A stretch of 21,153 bases of DNA from Chthonomonadales bacterium (GTDB taxonomy: Bacteria > Armatimonadota > Chthonomonadetes > Chthonomonadales > CAJBBX01). This document shows, in pieces, positions 16,948 to 21,153 of this stretch. Below the pieces are notes generated by a model. That model had not been told where the DNA came from and made no database searches. It worked only from the letters and a program-made list of their open reading frames with translations. Numbering within the stretch: position 1 is the first letter of the stretch; every line of letters begins with the position of its first letter. Location: NCBI GenBank assembly GCA_049967475.1, contig JBMFSQ010000039.1, positions 1 to 21,153 on the forward strand. The letters run 5' to 3'. The position numbers and the translations under genes were made by a program.

Positions 16948-17138
16948 TGATGAACCTCCCCTTGCACTCCAATGCGCTCTTACCATCGCCAAGTCCACCG
17001 CCCAGCAGCCAATTCCCGAGCAGGAACTTGCGAGCACACGTCGAAACGGAGTTTGGTATCGTACGTCTCTCTTATGATACGCCATGCGGACGGATCTGCC
17101 GGACATGGCAAGGGATCGCCACCGGCGAGAGGGAAAAG

Positions 17139-17852
17139 ATGCATCCCCTGGATCTTGTATTCTGGAGCTGCCTTGCGTTGGGGAGTGCCTACACGCTCGT
17201 CACGGTAGTGCTGGGTTCGGTCTCCCACATCGCCGGTCACGCCGGGCATGCGGGCGACCTCATGCACGGACATGGGGAGGCGGCGGGCGGGATTGTGCAC
17301 GGCCATGGGCACGCAGCGGTTGCAGCCCATCCTGCCCATGGACATGGCGAGGCGGTATCCACCGAGAACCAGTCTGCCGAAGGGGCCATCGGCGCTGCGG
17401 CCTCACCTCCCGCGCAGTCCGTGTTCCCGGGAACAGCACTTGCCCGCGCGGCCGCCTATTTGAGCCCGATGTCGGCGGCAGGGTTTCTAATCGGATTCGG
17501 CGGTGGCGGTGTCTCAGCTCGAGCCCTTGGCTCCGGCCCGGCGCCCAGCCTCTTATACGCTTGCGCAGGCGGCATGGGGCTTTACTGGGTGGCGTGGACG
17601 GTGATCACGCGCTTCTTCGGGGCTGCCCAAGCCAGCAGCCACTTCTGCCAAGAAGACGCCGTGGGACTGCGCGCCACTGTAATCGCTCCCATCGAAGGCG
17701 GCCGGCCAGGAATGATCGGCTGCGTCATCGCAGGGACGCGCCAGCGCGTGCGGGCCGTCAGTGATGAGCAAGAGGTCATCCCGGTAGGAAGCATTGTGCG
17801 CATCCGCCGCATCGAGCATGAAACGGCACACGTTACCCGAGTGAGAGACTGA
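17139..17852 (+). CDS. NfeD-like (YuaF/YqiJ-type) flotillin partner with His-rich loop
   Basis: N-terminal TM, His/Gly/Ala loop, further TMs, C-terminal OB-fold (GLRATVIAPI...IPVGSIVRI); directly upstream of flotillin. Confidence 0.82.
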   Translation: MHPLDLVFWSCLALGSAYTLVTVVLGSVSHIAGHAGHAGDLMHGHGEAAGGIVHGHGHAAVAAHPAHGHGEAVSTENQSAEGAIGAAASPPAQSVFPGTALARAAAYLSPMSAAGFLIGFGGGGVSARALGSGPAPSLLYACAGGMGLYWVAWTVITRFFGAAQASSHFCQEDAVGLRATVIAPIEGGRPGMIGCVIAGTRQRVRAVSDEQEVIPVGSIVRIRRIEHETAHVTRVRD

Positions 17853-17897
17853 CACTATCTGCCGGTTTCTGCCGGCTCGAACTCAAGGAGACGACCT

Positions 17898-19526
17898 ATG
17901 CTTCCTCCGAACCTGTTCTTCGTAATCGGCTGGGTGGCGCTGGGGATCGTAGCGTTCATCCTTGCTCTCATTGGCATCTACCGATCTTTGTACCGAAAGG
18001 TGGGTCCCAATGAAGTGCTCGTAATCTCCGGAGGCAAGGGAGAATGGGTTGTAGACGAAAATGGGGAGCGAAGGCGCTTGGGCTTCCGCGTGGTGAAGGG
18101 CGGCGGCTCCCTCATCAATCCCATTCTCGAACGCTGCGAAACGATGTCGCTGGAACTCATCACCTTGGACATCGTAACGCCGGAGTTTTACACCAAGCTC
18201 GGCGTACCGATCAAAGTGGATGGCGTAGCCCAAATCAAGATCAAGGGCGACGACGTGTCCATCCGCACGGCCGCCGAACAATTCCTTAACAAAACGCGCG
18301 ACGAAATCAAGCAGATCGCCTACCAGACCGTGGCCGGCCATCTCCGCGCCATACTGGGAACCCTCACCGTAGAAGAAGTCTACGCCGCGCATGAAACCTT
18401 CGCACAGCGCGTGGCGGAGGTGTCCGCCGGAGACCTGGCCAACATGGGTCTGGAGATCGTGAGCTTCACGATCCGGGACATCACGGACAGCCGCGGGTAC
18501 CTGGAAGCCATCGGCAAGACGCGCATCGCAGAGGTCAAGCGCGACGCCCAGATTGGCGAAGCCCGGGCAAACCGCGATGCCACGATCCAGGCTGCATTGG
18601 CCAATCAGGAGGCCTCCACCGCAAAGTACCAGGCAGACACCAAGATCGCCGAAGCCGATCGCGATTACAAGCTCAAGCTGGCGGAATTCACGGCAGCCGT
18701 GAACCAAAAGAAGGCCGAAGCAGACCTTTCCTACGACTTGCAAAAGTACAAATCGGCCCAGGCAGTGAAGGAACAAGAAGTTCAGGTCCAGATCGTCGAG
18801 AAGATCAAACAGACAGAGCTGGAAGAGAAAGAGATTGCTCGCAAGGAGAAGGAGCTTATTGCTACCGTCCAGAGGCCCGCCGAGGCGGAGCGGGTACGCA
18901 TCCAGACGGTGGCGGAAGCCGAGCAATACCGGCTCAAGACGACCGCCCTCGGCCAGGCGGAGGCCGCTAAGACGACGGGCTTCGCCCAAGCCGAGGTCAC
19001 GATGAAGACCGGGGAAGCGGAGGCTCAAGCGAACAAGGCCCGAGGGCTGGCAGAAGCGGAGGTGGCGAAGGCCAAAGCGCTCGCCGAAGCAGCAGCAATC
19101 GAGGCCAAGGGATTGGCCGAGGCGAAAGCCGTGGAAGCCCGCGGTTTGGCTGAGGCGGAAGCCATGGCCAAGCGTGCCCAGGCTTTCCGCGCGTATAACG
19201 AAGCTGCTGTGGCCCAAATGATCATCGAAAAACTTCCCGAGATTGCTCAGGCTGTAGCAGCTCCGCTCTCCAAGGTAGACAAGATCGTCATGGTGAGCAC
19301 AGGCGCAGACGGCATCGGCGCCTCGAAGATCAGCAGCGAAGTCACCAACATCATCGCGCAGGTGCCGCCTGTGATCGAGGCTATGATGGGCATCAAACTC
19401 CAGGATCTGGTGAGGAGCGTTCCGGGCTTGTCCGGGCAATCGGCCAAACAGACGGACACCGTGTCCGTCGGCGAGGCTGCGGCGCCTGCAACACCTGCGG
19501 AGGCCTCGTCACCGGCAGCTTCGTGA
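17898..19526 (+). CDS. Flotillin (SPFH domain, FloT/YqiK-like)
   Basis: YRKVGPNEVLVISG, GVPIKVDGVAQIKI, GHLRAILG.LTVEE, DL..MGLEIVSFTI, Ala/Glu coiled coil, PLSKVDKI; AAGGAG RBS. Confidence 0.95.
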   Translation: MLPPNLFFVIGWVALGIVAFILALIGIYRSLYRKVGPNEVLVISGGKGEWVVDENGERRRLGFRVVKGGGSLINPILERCETMSLELITLDIVTPEFYTKLGVPIKVDGVAQIKIKGDDVSIRTAAEQFLNKTRDEIKQIAYQTVAGHLRAILGTLTVEEVYAAHETFAQRVAEVSAGDLANMGLEIVSFTIRDITDSRGYLEAIGKTRIAEVKRDAQIGEARANRDATIQAALANQEASTAKYQADTKIAEADRDYKLKLAEFTAAVNQKKAEADLSYDLQKYKSAQAVKEQEVQVQIVEKIKQTELEEKEIARKEKELIATVQRPAEAERVRIQTVAEAEQYRLKTTALGQAEAAKTTGFAQAEVTMKTGEAEAQANKARGLAEAEVAKAKALAEAAAIEAKGLAEAKAVEARGLAEAEAMAKRAQAFRAYNEAAVAQMIIEKLPEIAQAVAAPLSKVDKIVMVSTGADGIGASKISSEVTNIIAQVPPVIEAMMGIKLQDLVRSVPGLSGQSAKQTDTVSVGEAAAPATPAEASSPAAS

Positions 19527-19638
19527 GCTTGCCTCTCTACGGTGCGGGATGATGCGCCGTCGGACGAGCAGAGATCCCCCTGGGCCTATACGGTGAACCT
19601 GAAAGGTAGTGCGTCTCGGTGACGGAGCGAGAGGGATC

Positions 19639-19669
19639 TTGACATATTCGGCCCGTTCTAGGGTAGAAT
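19639..19669 (+). promoter_or_regulatory. Sigma70-type promoter for tRNA-Glu
   Basis: TTGACA (19639-44) and TAGAAT (19664-69), 19-bp spacer, GC-rich discriminator. Confidence 0.6.
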
Positions 19670-19707
19670 AGCGCCGCAGTACGCGGAGCCGGCACGCTTC
19701 GCAACAC

Positions 19708-19779
19708 GGCGCCATCGTCTAGCGGTCAGGACAGGGGGTTCTCAGCTCTCAAACCGGGGTTCGATTCCCCGTGGCGCTA
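19708..19779 (+). tRNA. tRNA-Glu (anticodon CTC), CCA not encoded
   Basis: Acceptor GGCGCCA/TGGCGCT, D-arm GTCT-AGCGGTC-AGGAC, anticodon loop TT-CTC-AG, T-arm CGGGG-TTCGATT-CCCCG. Confidence 0.95.
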
Positions 19780-19785
19780 CGCATG

Positions 19786-19815
19786 AAGCCTGGTAGGTAC
19801 TCTACCAGGCTTTTT
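19786..19815 (+). terminator. Rho-independent terminator of tRNA-Glu
   Basis: AAGCCTGGTAG-GTACT-CTACCAGGC followed by TTTTT. Confidence 0.9.
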
Positions 19816-19906
19816 CGTTGCGTGCCGCCCGGACGATATCCGCCCTTGCCTCGGCCGGTACACCCGGCCCACCCGCCCGTCGAACCCGATGCGCGTGCCG
19901 GCACAG

Positions 19907-19940
19907 AAAGCGGTCCCAGCCCGTGTGGACTGGGACCGCT
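19907..19940 (-). terminator. Terminator hairpin of the rRNA operon
   Basis: AGCGGTCCCAG...CTGGGACCGCT stem right after 5S, followed by TTTCT on the minus strand. Confidence 0.75.
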
Positions 19941-19947
19941 GCGATTA

Positions 19948-20065
19948 TCCTGGCGGCGACCTATCTTTCCGGGGGCTTGCGCCCCGAGTATTTTCGGCGC
20001 TGGCGGGCTTAACGGCCGTGTTCGGAATGGGAACGGGTGGAACCCCGCCGCTATGACCACCAGGA
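19948..20065 (-). rRNA. rrf: 5S rRNA
   Basis: TCCTGGTGGTCATAGCGG...CCCGTTCCCATTCCGAACACGG...GCCGCCAGGA, ~118 nt with paired ends. Confidence 0.97.
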
Positions 20066-20199
20066 AACCTGAGGGAAGGAGGGAAGAGTGAACGGAAATG
20101 CGGGGTTGGAGCGCGGGTGACACCGACCTCACGAGCGTTTTGCCGTGTGAGGTTGTGGGGACCACTCGTTCAAGAGCACGCGCTATTGGAATGAGGTTT

Positions 20200-21153
<954 letters not shown>

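Noticed and set aside
17883..19439. 518-aa antisense ORF
   Set aside because: Shadow of flotillin on the opposite strand, typical of GC-rich genes; no motifs
19708..19906. tRNA as an integration site (att)
   Set aside because: No duplicated tRNA 3' end or integrase seen in the window

Overview
GC-rich bacterial chromosomal window from a diderm, flagellated-type lineage (possibly Armatimonadota-like; inference only, not verified). The left ~9.7 kb is an all-minus-strand, extended arsenic/thiol-redox cluster. In transcription order: arsR(CVC) - arsP-like permease - secreted hypothetical - SAM methyltransferase - MTH895-type small thioredoxin - Cys-rich DUF6951-like protein; then Cys-rich arsR - acr3 - thioredoxin-like::ArsC fusion - OprO/P-like porin; then FmdE - TauE/SafE. 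A collagen-binding-like (DUF4038 C-terminal) gene fragment sits at its upstream edge. The middle is mostly housekeeping: MFS transporter plus Tat-exported GHL10 hydrolase, isocitrate dehydrogenase preceded by a ~270-nt highly structured leader, a small hypothetical protein, a PilZ protein, a ROK kinase, and a His-rich NfeD-like protein plus flotillin. The right end has tRNA-Glu(CTC) converging on the 3' end of an rRNA operon (5S and partial 23S). The 23S has a strongly truncated, yeast-like helix 78 in the L1 stalk. No CRISPR, integrase or transposase was seen. Family assignments come from motif recognition by eye, not from database searches.
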